In this document: piece after piece, positions 55,190 through 63,292 of the stretch
Layout: every line of letters begins with the position of its first letter
Numbering within the stretch: the first letter of the stretch is position 1
IMG/VR virus record: IMGVR_UViG_3300017917_003822
Span: 206,630-270,629 of that record
DNA: 64,000 nucleotides
Direction: 5' to 3' (one strand)
Made by a program: the position numbers and the translations under genes
The notes under the pieces: generated by a model
The model's database searches: none
What the model was told of the DNA's origin: nothing
Seen by the model: the letters and a program-made list of their open reading frames with translations, nothing else

Positions 55190-55403
55190 CAAGATGCGTC
55201 ATATGGTTGAGTTAACCAAGATCGACGTTCTTGGTGATAGAAAAATAGCAATCAACACCCAGCTAATAGAGGCATTTTGGGAAAGACAAGGAGGAGAGGG
55301 GACAATCATTAGATTGGCGGCCAGCTCATATGAGTATCACATTAAAGAAAACTACGACGAGGTTAAAAAAGCAGTTAAAACAGCTAAAGATTTCGTCTTT
55401 TAA
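55170..55403 (+). CDS. small FlbD-like hypothetical protein
   Basis: IN..LIE......T.I.L......IKE..DEV pattern; weak. Confidence 0.45.
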   Translation: MTSITTNKMRHMVELTKIDVLGDRKIAINTQLIEAFWERQGGEGTIIRLAASSYEYHIKENYDEVKKAVKTAKDFVF

Positions 55404-55415
55404 ATTGAATAAGAG

Positions 55416-55673
55416 ATGAAAAGAGAAAATTGGTTAGATTATGGAGATTTTTTAGATCTTGGATCGAATGTAGCTCAAAATTCTAATCTATTGGCAAATC
55501 TATGGGGTGAAGATGGGACAATAACTTCACAGAAACTCAGCGCAGAGAGGGAAATCGAGGAACTTCATAAGCTGTTCGATGAATTGGCTCCGGATACCTC
55601 AGGAATGAAAAGTATTGCCGATAAGCTTAGATCGATATTAACTGAGCCTAGATTTGAATCAGTTAGAAAATAG
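55416..55673 (+). CDS. hypothetical protein
   Basis: ORF before terminator. Confidence 0.6.
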   Translation: MKRENWLDYGDFLDLGSNVAQNSNLLANLWGEDGTITSQKLSAEREIEELHKLFDELAPDTSGMKSIADKLRSILTEPRFESVRK

Positions 55674-55681
55674 AACTAATT

Positions 55682-55715
55682 AAAAAAAGGAATCTGTGAT
55701 AGATTCCTTTTTTTT
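55682..55715. terminator. bidirectional terminator
   Basis: aaaaaaaggaatct-gtgat-agattcctttttttt. Confidence 0.8.
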
Positions 55716-55718
55716 GTT

Positions 55719-56387
55719 TTATACTGAGTATTTCTTAGCGAGATTTGCAAGACCCTGAAATAATCCCTTCCAGTTTGGATCGAGTTTAATCAACTGATCC
55801 ATCGTAAAGTATGATGCGTTCTCCATCTGAAAATCCTCACCATTTCTTTTATAGACAGCAACAAATCCATTATATGCTCCTGGAGCAACTTTGAGATCCT
55901 GCTTTTTAACTTTATCAAAGGGAGAATGCCATTCAAAATTTAAAGCTTTCTGATCATACCCAACTGCAACATCAATAAAAACTGTTGGATAATATCGGTC
56001 ATCATATTTAGACTCCTGGGTTCTCGTAGCATACATCCAAACTCCAGCACCTTTTCTAGGTCCTGATGCTGACCAAGAAGCATCAGCCCATTTTTCAATC
56101 TTGAAAGTTGCAGGTTTTATTTGTCCCCATTCCGGTATTTTGAAATCCTTTCCACCATAAGCAGCAACTAAATTTTTGGTGTCCTGATAATATGCCTTGG
56201 ATTTATTCTTATCGGTGTAATACGGATCCTCATTAACTTTAGCCTGATCACCGCTTGCAAGCATATTCTCAACCTGAGATTTATAATCCGCAATGTCTGA
56301 AGTTTTTCCTTTTAATTCAGGAGCCTCCATTGCTTCCATTGATGCTGACTCGTTTAAAAAGTCATCAAATCTTAATAATTTATTCAT
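55719..56387 (-). CDS. hypothetical protein with CTS-like leader
   Basis: MNKLLRFDDFLNE-S. Confidence 0.75.
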   Translation of the reverse strand: MNKLLRFDDFLNESASMEAMEAPELKGKTSDIADYKSQVENMLASGDQAKVNEDPYYTDKNKSKAYYQDTKNLVAAYGGKDFKIPEWGQIKPATFKIEKWADASWSASGPRKGAGVWMYATRTQESKYDDRYYPTVFIDVAVGYDQKALNFEWHSPFDKVKKQDLKVAPGAYNGFVAVYKRNGEDFQMENASYFTMDQLIKLDPNWKGLFQGLANLAKKYSV

Positions 56388-56391
56388 TTTA

Positions 56392-56748
56392 TTATTTATT
56401 TTGTCTAATTAATAATTCCCCTAAGACCTCGATTTTACCAACAATCTCCTGGAAATCAACCTGTGATATGTTCATATCATTTTTTGTTGATGAGTAAAGA
56501 ACATCAAGAAGATCTTTATACTCCTTCTCTGCCTCTGCTCTGTCAAATTTCCCCTCCTTTGCTTTCTTATAAGTCGATAGTTTAACCTTAAAGTGGTGAT
56601 ATGTTAACATCGCATCGCCGCCTTTTTCTTTAGCTGAGTCAGCTATTTTGGTAGCTCCTGCCAATCTAGTAGCAGAAAATTCTTCGAACGTCTCCTTAGT
56701 TTTGGATTCGTTTAAAAATTGGTTGTATTTTTTAATTTGTTCGCTCAT
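56392..56748 (-). CDS. hypothetical protein with CTS-like leader
   Basis: MSEQIKKYNQFLNE-S; class B motif at 56753-56761. Confidence 0.75.
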   Translation of the reverse strand: MSEQIKKYNQFLNESKTKETFEEFSATRLAGATKIADSAKEKGGDAMLTYHHFKVKLSTYKKAKEGKFDRAEAEKEYKDLLDVLYSSTKNDMNISQVDFQEIVGKIEVLGELLIRQNK

Positions 56749-56781
56749 ACATCTATATATCAATAAAAAAAACCAGTTTTA

Positions 56782-56813
56782 TTTTTTTATTCCGAGATAA
56801 TATCTTATATTTG
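56782..56813 (+). promoter_or_regulatory. Class A promoter
   Basis: T-tract-attccg-N11-TATATTTG. Confidence 0.75.
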
Positions 56814-56838
56814 TATAACAAATTTAAAATATTTTAAA

Positions 56839-57258
56839 ATGTACGTAAAAAAACCAGTAAACAGCGCAGCACCATCTAATAACAAGATCTGGACAGCTGA
56901 AGAAGATGCTATTTTAAGAAAAATGGCTGAAGAAAAATCAACAACAGCAAAAATTGCTAAAGCTCTAGGAAGAACTAAAGCTTCAATTTGGGGCAGAAAA
57001 AGCATTCTAGGAATCAAAACTCGTTTGCTATCTTCTAAAGGACACAACATTTCGGTTCCAACAACTCTTTCTACAAAAAACAGAGGAGCAAAATCGAAAG
57101 TGAACAGCTCACCGAAAAACGTGGTTAAGGTCTCTACTCAATCAAACAAATCACAGGCTGCAGTTGAAAAATCTTATCAGGGTATGTGTTACGAGTTTGA
57201 TATGCTATCTAAATTAGCTAAACAAACTGGTGCTAAAATCGTTGTTACCTTCGAATAA
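56839..57258 (+). CDS. Myb/GcrA-like HTH DNA-binding protein
   Basis: WTAEEDAILRKM......IAKALGRTKASI..R; basic S/T/K tail. Confidence 0.7.
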   Translation: MYVKKPVNSAAPSNNKIWTAEEDAILRKMAEEKSTTAKIAKALGRTKASIWGRKSILGIKTRLLSSKGHNISVPTTLSTKNRGAKSKVNSSPKNVVKVSTQSNKSQAAVEKSYQGMCYEFDMLSKLAKQTGAKIVVTFE

Positions 57259-57279
57259 GAAGGAACGAATAATCTTATT

Positions 57280-57324
57280 AAAAAGCCTGATGAGTCATCA
57301 GGCTTTTTTTATGTAGATATATAA
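57280..57324 (+). terminator. terminator followed by class B promoter
   Basis: aagcctgatg-agt-catcaggctt plus T-tract; gatatataa at 57316-57324. Confidence 0.75.
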
Positions 57325-57327
57325 AGC

Positions 57328-57789
57328 ATGTTTAAATTTATTAGAACCTTCGACGATTACGACACGCCAATTTTACCATCCGGATTAAGTATAACTAAAG
57401 ACGGAATAGAAAATTTGGCAAATAGTTTTTTGGAAGAGATAGAGAAGAATTATAATATAGGGAGAAATAAGCCATTCGACAAAAAGATTGGGAACTGTGC
57501 TTGGTTCACCGAATCATTTTACGAGTGGAGCGAGATTAATAATGTACCAGCTAGAATCATATATTTTCCAGAAACTCAAAAGGCCAAGGATGCACACATA
57601 GCAATTCTGATTGGCGGATATGTTCTGGACTTCACACATAAACAATTTAGTAAGGATCCCAAAGATAATTTCTCAATCAACAAAGTTGACCACTATAAAA
57701 AATTCGGATATGATGTTGATGATGCGGAGGTGGTCGACGAATTTCCTTCCTGGATTGATGACATTCACCCGCCAAAAGAAAAAAAATAA
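57328..57789 (+). CDS. papain/transglutaminase-fold protein with CTS-like leader
   Basis: GNCAWF ... HIAI ... LDFT..QF (Cys-His-Asp). Confidence 0.6.
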   Translation: MFKFIRTFDDYDTPILPSGLSITKDGIENLANSFLEEIEKNYNIGRNKPFDKKIGNCAWFTESFYEWSEINNVPARIIYFPETQKAKDAHIAILIGGYVLDFTHKQFSKDPKDNFSINKVDHYKKFGYDVDDAEVVDEFPSWIDDIHPPKEKK

Positions 57790-57794
57790 GACAC

Positions 57795-58610
57795 ATGAAA
57801 CACATTCAACTATTCGAATGGTTTTTGAAAACAAGAGAACCGGAGGAAATTCTTAGATGGGACAAACCAATCAACAACCCATTGAAGCAGGGAAGATTTA
57901 AAGACGTTATTGTCAATTCAAAGAGAGTTTCTCCGAGAACAACCAAGGGGGTAAGAACCCTAGCAAGAGAAATGTATGAATTTCCAAACGATAAAGAATT
58001 ACTTAGAGATGTTAAATACATGACTAATTTATCAGACCGAGAAATTTCCACTCTGGTTGACTATGGACTTTCTCATATGCCCGCTAAAATAGACCTTATG
58101 GATTATGATACAATCCTTATACCCCAAACTGGATCTAAGATAGTTTATAAAATTCTAGATTCACTTTATAACGTTGAGACTGAATTTGGATCAAATAAGA
58201 AAACTCAGTGGAACCCTAAAGTTTATGATAACGCCTTCATAAAAAGAAAATGGAAAGACGTTGAGTGGAACATGGATTTAATTAACAAGACCGGTGAGAA
58301 AACTAAAAACGATGTTCTTAATATGATCGAGAGGCTAAAAACACAAAAAGGCAACGAGGATGCTAAATTAGGGGGAAATGTGATACCAATCTATAGAAAA
58401 TTTCTTGATAAGTTCATGGATATTAATCCAGAAATAGCTAAGGATCTGGCTGGAAAAAGGGTAATTATTCTGGACGATTTTGTAACAGATGGTGCGACTA
58501 GAAAACAGATGAGAAATTTAACGATTCCATATGGACCAAAGTCAATTCTAAATTTAGCTTTATTCCACATAAGAGGTCAAAAGAGAGAATCAGACCCTGA
58601 CTACGAATAA
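57795..58610 (+). CDS. type I phosphoribosyltransferase with CTS-like leader
   Basis: GKRVIILDDFVTDGAT PRPP loop; MKHIQLFEWF start. Confidence 0.75.
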   Translation: MKHIQLFEWFLKTREPEEILRWDKPINNPLKQGRFKDVIVNSKRVSPRTTKGVRTLAREMYEFPNDKELLRDVKYMTNLSDREISTLVDYGLSHMPAKIDLMDYDTILIPQTGSKIVYKILDSLYNVETEFGSNKKTQWNPKVYDNAFIKRKWKDVEWNMDLINKTGEKTKNDVLNMIERLKTQKGNEDAKLGGNVIPIYRKFLDKFMDINPEIAKDLAGKRVIILDDFVTDGATRKQMRNLTIPYGPKSILNLALFHIRGQKRESDPDYE

Positions 58611-58639
58611 TCGATATATACAATAAATAAAAACTCAAT

Positions 58640-58930
58640 ATGTTACAAGGAAATAATTGCTATCGTTTAGTTGCAAGTACGAATTATCAACCAGGTGCTA
58701 CTGGTGCCACTGCGGGACCAACCTTAATGGAAGGACCAATTACATTAGTTTATGTTGCTCCTGGAGCAGCGGTCTTGGATTTTTATGATGCCAAGAATAA
58801 TAGGAATACGATTAATATAGGATCTACCAATACAGGTGTGCTTTTACCAATTACTGTTACCGCAACAGGATCAAGTTTATCTGGTACCATCTTTGGATTC
58901 TCACAAGGTGGAATCTATGCTAATAGATAA
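58640..58930 (+). CDS. small beta-rich putative virion protein
   Basis: G/T-rich, LPITV; class B motif at 58613-58621. Confidence 0.5.
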   Translation: MLQGNNCYRLVASTNYQPGATGATAGPTLMEGPITLVYVAPGAAVLDFYDAKNNRNTINIGSTNTGVLLPITVTATGSSLSGTIFGFSQGGIYANR

Positions 58931-59749
58931 TTAGGCTAGATTTTTAGCCCAAGATGCTATATTTAAGGAGGCAAGAGTTCTAGGTCCTAGAGTTTTCTTA
59001 AACTCCTTGATATTATCTTTTAGTGTTTGTATTCCAGCACTTGCATTATCATCTGCACTAAATATATTACCGCCAGGGACGTATTTGTTAAATCCAGGTT
59101 GACTTAGAGCATACAGACCTTTATATTTATTATTACCTGCCTTAGGATTAAATCCTGATTCTATCTTAGCTACAGTTGTTGCAAAATCAAAGGGAACACC
59201 GAACTTGGAGCTGTATTTCTGTATGGTTTGTTTAACTGCGGAGTTTTGTGGTTTATTGATATCGATTTTAGCCTGTTCTCCCTGTTTTTTCCATTTTTCT
59301 TTCCACATATTTAAGAAGAGAGCAGCAGCTGTTTTTTGATCTCCAGCATCAAGAGCTTTGATGATTGATGTCTTAACTTGAGGTTTATCGCTAGGAATAT
59401 TCTTTACTAGATTTGCGTATTTAACACCTCCCTTAGTTTTAATTGTGTCAGGTGCAAGTTTACCTGTACCCAAAGAAGCCTCTATTAAACCCTTAGCACC
59501 AGCTATTCCCTGTTGGTGCTGCATATAAAGTGTGAAATCATCGTTACCTGGGATTGGATTGAAGTCGGCAGGTAAAAAGGCTCCTTGTGAAGTATCGGAT
59601 ACCCCGGTGTCATCCGCCTTTTGTTTCTTAAGCTCTTCCGCTTTTTTCTGTGCTTCTATTTCCATATTACCCAGCATCGGAGCTATAGCTGACAAGAAAC
59701 TTCCAGTTCCTTCATTGATAAATTCTTCAAAAGATGATATTTTCTTCAT
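58931..59749 (-). CDS. second circularly permuted lytic transglycosylase with CTS-like leader
   Basis: YMQHQQG N-terminal; AKIESGF, KGLY, NASAGI C-terminal; class B motif at 59769-59777. Confidence 0.78.
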   Translation of the reverse strand: MKKISSFEEFINEGTGSFLSAIAPMLGNMEIEAQKKAEELKKQKADDTGVSDTSQGAFLPADFNPIPGNDDFTLYMQHQQGIAGAKGLIEASLGTGKLAPDTIKTKGGVKYANLVKNIPSDKPQVKTSIIKALDAGDQKTAAALFLNMWKEKWKKQGEQAKIDINKPQNSAVKQTIQKYSSKFGVPFDFATTVAKIESGFNPKAGNNKYKGLYALSQPGFNKYVPGGNIFSADDNASAGIQTLKDNIKEFKKTLGPRTLASLNIASWAKNLA

Positions 59750-59778
59750 ATGATGTTTATTGATTGTACTATATATCC

Positions 59779-59810
59779 AAAAAAAGACGGAAGTAGCGAA
59801 TTTCCGTCTT
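59779..59810 (-). terminator. intrinsic terminator (minus strand)
   Basis: aagacggaa/ttccgtctt 9-bp stem plus T-tract on minus. Confidence 0.8.
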
Positions 59811-59881
59811 ATATGTAGTCGTAACTACTCCGGTCCTAAAATGGGGCACTGAGCCCGCCGGATATGTTTTAATGTGATAGT

Positions 59882-60334
59882 TTATTCTTCGTGAGCCAAA
59901 ACTCTTTTTAATCTACCCAATTCTCTAACCATGTCCTTATTTGTGTTATCCTCCAATACTATTTTGGGTGATTGTGATTCTTTATTTCCGACGGTATCCA
60001 GAACGATAGCATTTCTTTTTCTTGTTATACCCATATTCATGATCTTTTGGATCTGAATTGCAATCTCTTCCTCTCTTTCTATGATTTTGTTCGTACATTC
60101 TCTCTGTCCTCTGATTAATTCAAGATTAAGACGGGAAGTTTCGTTTTGTAATACACGTATTTGTGCTGATTGCTTCTCCAATGTGACATTAACATCATCA
60201 GGTGTACCTTTGATTGCTTTAATCAAATCGCTACCATTAGTCATTAGCACGATTGAAAATAGCAATAACAATAATGCAATCACTCTTTGTTGAGGTGTAA
60301 ATTTACCTAATATTTCTGATACGTAACTTAGCAT
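59882..60334 (-). CDS. TM plus coiled-coil protein
   Basis: N-terminal hydrophobic helix, heptad region. Confidence 0.65.
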   Translation of the reverse strand: MLSYVSEILGKFTPQQRVIALLLLLFSIVLMTNGSDLIKAIKGTPDDVNVTLEKQSAQIRVLQNETSRLNLELIRGQRECTNKIIEREEEIAIQIQKIMNMGITRKRNAIVLDTVGNKESQSPKIVLEDNTNKDMVRELGRLKRVLAHEE

Positions 60335-60474
60335 AATTATTTCTTATTTATATTAAAATCCCTCGGACCTCATTTTTTATTCTTAAATTTGTCAACAATG
60401 AAAAATAATAAAATTACAAAAAATGGTGAGAGTATAATAAGAACAGACTCGGAGTGATACATTTCTGTGAATTA

Positions 60475-60828
60475 TTAACGTCTTAGAAATGCAAGATCTC
60501 TACCGCCTCTTTCACCTCCGTGCATCTTAGCCATTACAAGACCAAATAAAAACGCGTTAAACGCTTCGTAATGATCCGTAGCGTAAATTACATTGTTATC
60601 TATTGCTACACCTGATTGTCCGTCTGTGGTGTGTCTAATTGATAAATTTGGATATAATCTCTTAACATCCGATTCCAATTTAGCTCTCATTGCTTCTTGT
60701 TCTCTGTTTGCAACCGTATGATCCGCTGGAGAAGCAACATCGGTAGTTCCAGTAGATGTAGTCTGTGGTAGATTAGACATCTCAGGGGATTCGTTTACGA
60801 AGTTCTCGTATACTTTTAAATTTTCCAT
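60475..60828 (-). CDS. hypothetical protein with CTS-like leader
   Basis: MENLKVYENFVNE-S. Confidence 0.7.
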   Translation of the reverse strand: MENLKVYENFVNESPEMSNLPQTTSTGTTDVASPADHTVANREQEAMRAKLESDVKRLYPNLSIRHTTDGQSGVAIDNNVIYATDHYEAFNAFLFGLVMAKMHGGERGGRDLAFLRR

Positions 60829-60847
60829 CTCAAAAATCTGATATTTT

Positions 60848-61153
60848 TTATAAGTTCCAAGCAGGATTTGCAATTATGAGGATATCTCCCTCTATTCTAG
60901 GTAACTCCTTTGTTGAGTGATAATCATCATACTTTATCTGGTCAGGATAAAATTTCTTCCCATTAAAAACTATATAGTTATCCTCGGATCTTTCACCCTC
61001 ACCTCTAAGACTAAAATCATTTGTTTTTAGGACATCATGAGTTGCAGATTTAATGGTGGGTTTACCGAAGATGCTGTCCCAGAAGCTCTCGTTTACATCA
61101 GCATTTTCTGTAACTACTCCTCTGAAATCTTCGTATTTTTTAATGTTTTCCAT
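60848..61153 (-). CDS. hypothetical protein with CTS-like leader
   Basis: MENIKKYEDF; class B motif at 61168-61176. Confidence 0.7.
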   Translation of the reverse strand: MENIKKYEDFRGVVTENADVNESFWDSIFGKPTIKSATHDVLKTNDFSLRGEGERSEDNYIVFNGKKFYPDQIKYDDYHSTKELPRIEGDILIIANPAWNL

Positions 61154-61200
61154 GTGATATTTTTTCTTTATATATCACATAACAAATAGAGAAAGATTGA

Positions 61201-62190
61201 TTAGATGAGATCCTTGAGATTGTTATATCTTCTAAGGTTGGAGTATTTTTTAATCTCATCCTCCGAGAGATATGGGTTATCCTGAAACATATGAATCTGG
61301 TCCTCAATCGGTATTTTCTTCCAGACCTTAGAAAGGCCCATCCCGTAATCACCCTTCTCCTTTTTCATCGAGTTAAAGACCACTTTCAAGGTCTTCTCAC
61401 TTACTACGTTTCCTTTAAAGTTGAGTTGTCTTAGTGTTAAATTGATAGGTGCACCTTTTACAGATATTAACTGATTGAACGAAACATCTAGCCAATCAGT
61501 GATTTCCGGACATCCAATTAAATCCGTGAGTTGATTATAGGAGCATTTGAGAGATTCCATTTTTTTAACTCTTAGCCCAGAAAGTGATGTGATTGCATTT
61601 TTATTGCAGCTCATTGATTCAACCTTTATTGGTGCTCCTTCTAGACTTTTGAGTTCATTATATGAGCAATCGTAGTTATCAAGGACTTTAACCGGTCCAC
61701 CCTTAAGGGACTTAAGCTTATTATGTGACCCATCAAATCTTCTACATTTTTTTGGAAAATTCGGCCAGAATTTTGAAACCTTGCAAGATCTGATTGATAT
61801 CGAGGAAATGAATGAAAATTTGATACCCCTAGCTATCTTGGCATCTTTCTCTCTTTGTTTTTTCTCCTTAGCGCTTTCTTTATTCCATGTCCTGGAAGAT
61901 AAACCCCAGTCATCGGAGTACATGTGATCGATTACCACACCTCCATTTTCAGAATCAATATACCAGTTATTACTGGAACCATCAAGCAATCTGATCCCGT
62001 CCTCGGTTAGGCTATCACTTTTTCTGTATTTGTCGAATAAAAAATCCGATGCTGCAATGATCTGTGCATGTTGTTCAGGATGGTCCTTACTCATGCCAGA
62101 TATGAGATTCTCCAGTGCGGTTTTTTGTGAAGAGGTCCACTTAAATCTTCTCTCAATCATATCTACAATTCTAATAATGAATATCATCAT
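61201..62190 (-). CDS. leucine-rich-repeat protein (phage SLEGAP type)
   Basis: Repeats such as CSYNELKSLEGAP and CSYNQLTDLIGCP. Confidence 0.8.
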   Translation of the reverse strand: MMIFIIRIVDMIERRFKWTSSQKTALENLISGMSKDHPEQHAQIIAASDFLFDKYRKSDSLTEDGIRLLDGSSNNWYIDSENGGVVIDHMYSDDWGLSSRTWNKESAKEKKQREKDAKIARGIKFSFISSISIRSCKVSKFWPNFPKKCRRFDGSHNKLKSLKGGPVKVLDNYDCSYNELKSLEGAPIKVESMSCNKNAITSLSGLRVKKMESLKCSYNQLTDLIGCPEITDWLDVSFNQLISVKGAPINLTLRQLNFKGNVVSEKTLKVVFNSMKKEKGDYGMGLSKVWKKIPIEDQIHMFQDNPYLSEDEIKKYSNLRRYNNLKDLI

Positions 62191-62234
62191 TATAGATAAT
62201 TGGGATGCGTGGGTTTCGGTAAAAAAATAGTGAT

Positions 62235-62741
62235 TTATTCTAGTGCGTGATTCTCCCAGTGGCCTTCAGGATAACTTGGATTCACGTAACAGATGTAATC
62301 TGTCCAGCCATTTCCTTTATCATCTTTCCAGTGGTTATAGACTGCATCCTCGTCCATGAATGGCACGTAACCAGACTTCTTAAGCAACTCAACGAACCAT
62401 TTTAGTAGATCCCGTTTGAATTCCTCAGGTTTCTCTCCTTCCAACGAGATCTGACATGCGATCCAAGGTGTTCTCATGGCTTTACCTGGTGAGTCCGGAT
62501 CGCCATAAGCAAGTAACTCTGGATAAAACACCATTGTGGTTTTATTAACCCAGTCCCTGTTCTTAGCATCAGGATTGATCTCAAATGGAGTCTTAACTTC
62601 CAAAACACCCTCATCAACAACCTCACATTCTGGATTTTGTAACATTTTATCGACCAATTCCTTGATCTCAGCATCAAGTTCAGCCGATACGTTGATCAAC
62701 GACTCGTTGATGAAGCTATTGAAATTTAATATTCTGATCAT
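62235..62741 (-). CDS. hypothetical protein with CTS-like leader
   Basis: MIRILNFNSFINE-S. Confidence 0.7.
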   Translation of the reverse strand: MIRILNFNSFINESLINVSAELDAEIKELVDKMLQNPECEVVDEGVLEVKTPFEINPDAKNRDWVNKTTMVFYPELLAYGDPDSPGKAMRTPWIACQISLEGEKPEEFKRDLLKWFVELLKKSGYVPFMDEDAVYNHWKDDKGNGWTDYICYVNPSYPEGHWENHALE

Positions 62742-62742
62742 C

Positions 62743-63030
62743 TTATTTCTTTTTATCAGTTTTAAACTTTTTGATGAATCTTTCTCTTCTACCCTTGTCC
62801 TCGCCTAAACCTGTGCCTGATATCATGTCCCTAACATCATATTTTTCTTTATGATCCTTATTAGCTTTCACGTATGCTGCTAGTTTTTCGGCATCTATGT
62901 CGTTGTCGTCGATGAAATTCTGAATTGAATTCTGTCCGGATCCAGTGATCTGATGAATATAAACAGCCTCCATTGAAACTTTCTCATTCAGAAAGTTCTC
63001 GTATAGTTCAATGTGTTTCATGTTTTTCAA
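62743..63030 (-). CDS. hypothetical protein with CTS-like leader
   Basis: MKHIELYENFLNE-K. Confidence 0.7.
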   Translation of the reverse strand: MKNMKHIELYENFLNEKVSMEAVYIHQITGSGQNSIQNFIDDNDIDAEKLAAYVKANKDHKEKYDVRDMISGTGLGEDKGRRERFIKKFKTDKKK

Positions 63031-63044
63031 TTTTATATTTATGT

Positions 63045-63290
63045 TTATTCTATTACTCCATCGGTTCCATCCAGACTATCATGAACTGAATTAAGGCCAT
63101 TCACTGCTGAGGTTAATTTGGAATACATCCATGGGGACAGCTGTTGTCCTTTATTTACTCTATCCAGAATCATGTTGGCGTAATCTGAGATTCGTTCCAA
63201 ATCTCCTTTTGCCATCCTATTTAACCCATCGACAACCTCCTGTGGGGTTCTTTCAGCTGAAAATTCCTCTAGTAGTTTAATATTTTTCAT
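63045..63290 (-). CDS. hypothetical protein with CTS-like leader
   Basis: MKNIKLLEEFSAE; MAK..L.....A...L...W..SK.T.A pattern. Confidence 0.7.
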   Translation of the reverse strand: MKNIKLLEEFSAERTPQEVVDGLNRMAKGDLERISDYANMILDRVNKGQQLSPWMYSKLTSAVNGLNSVHDSLDGTDGVIE

Positions 63291-63292
63291 GA

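Noticed and set aside
57286-57294. ctgatgag hammerhead core
   Set aside because: It is one arm of a terminator hairpin; no GAAA/stem II partner
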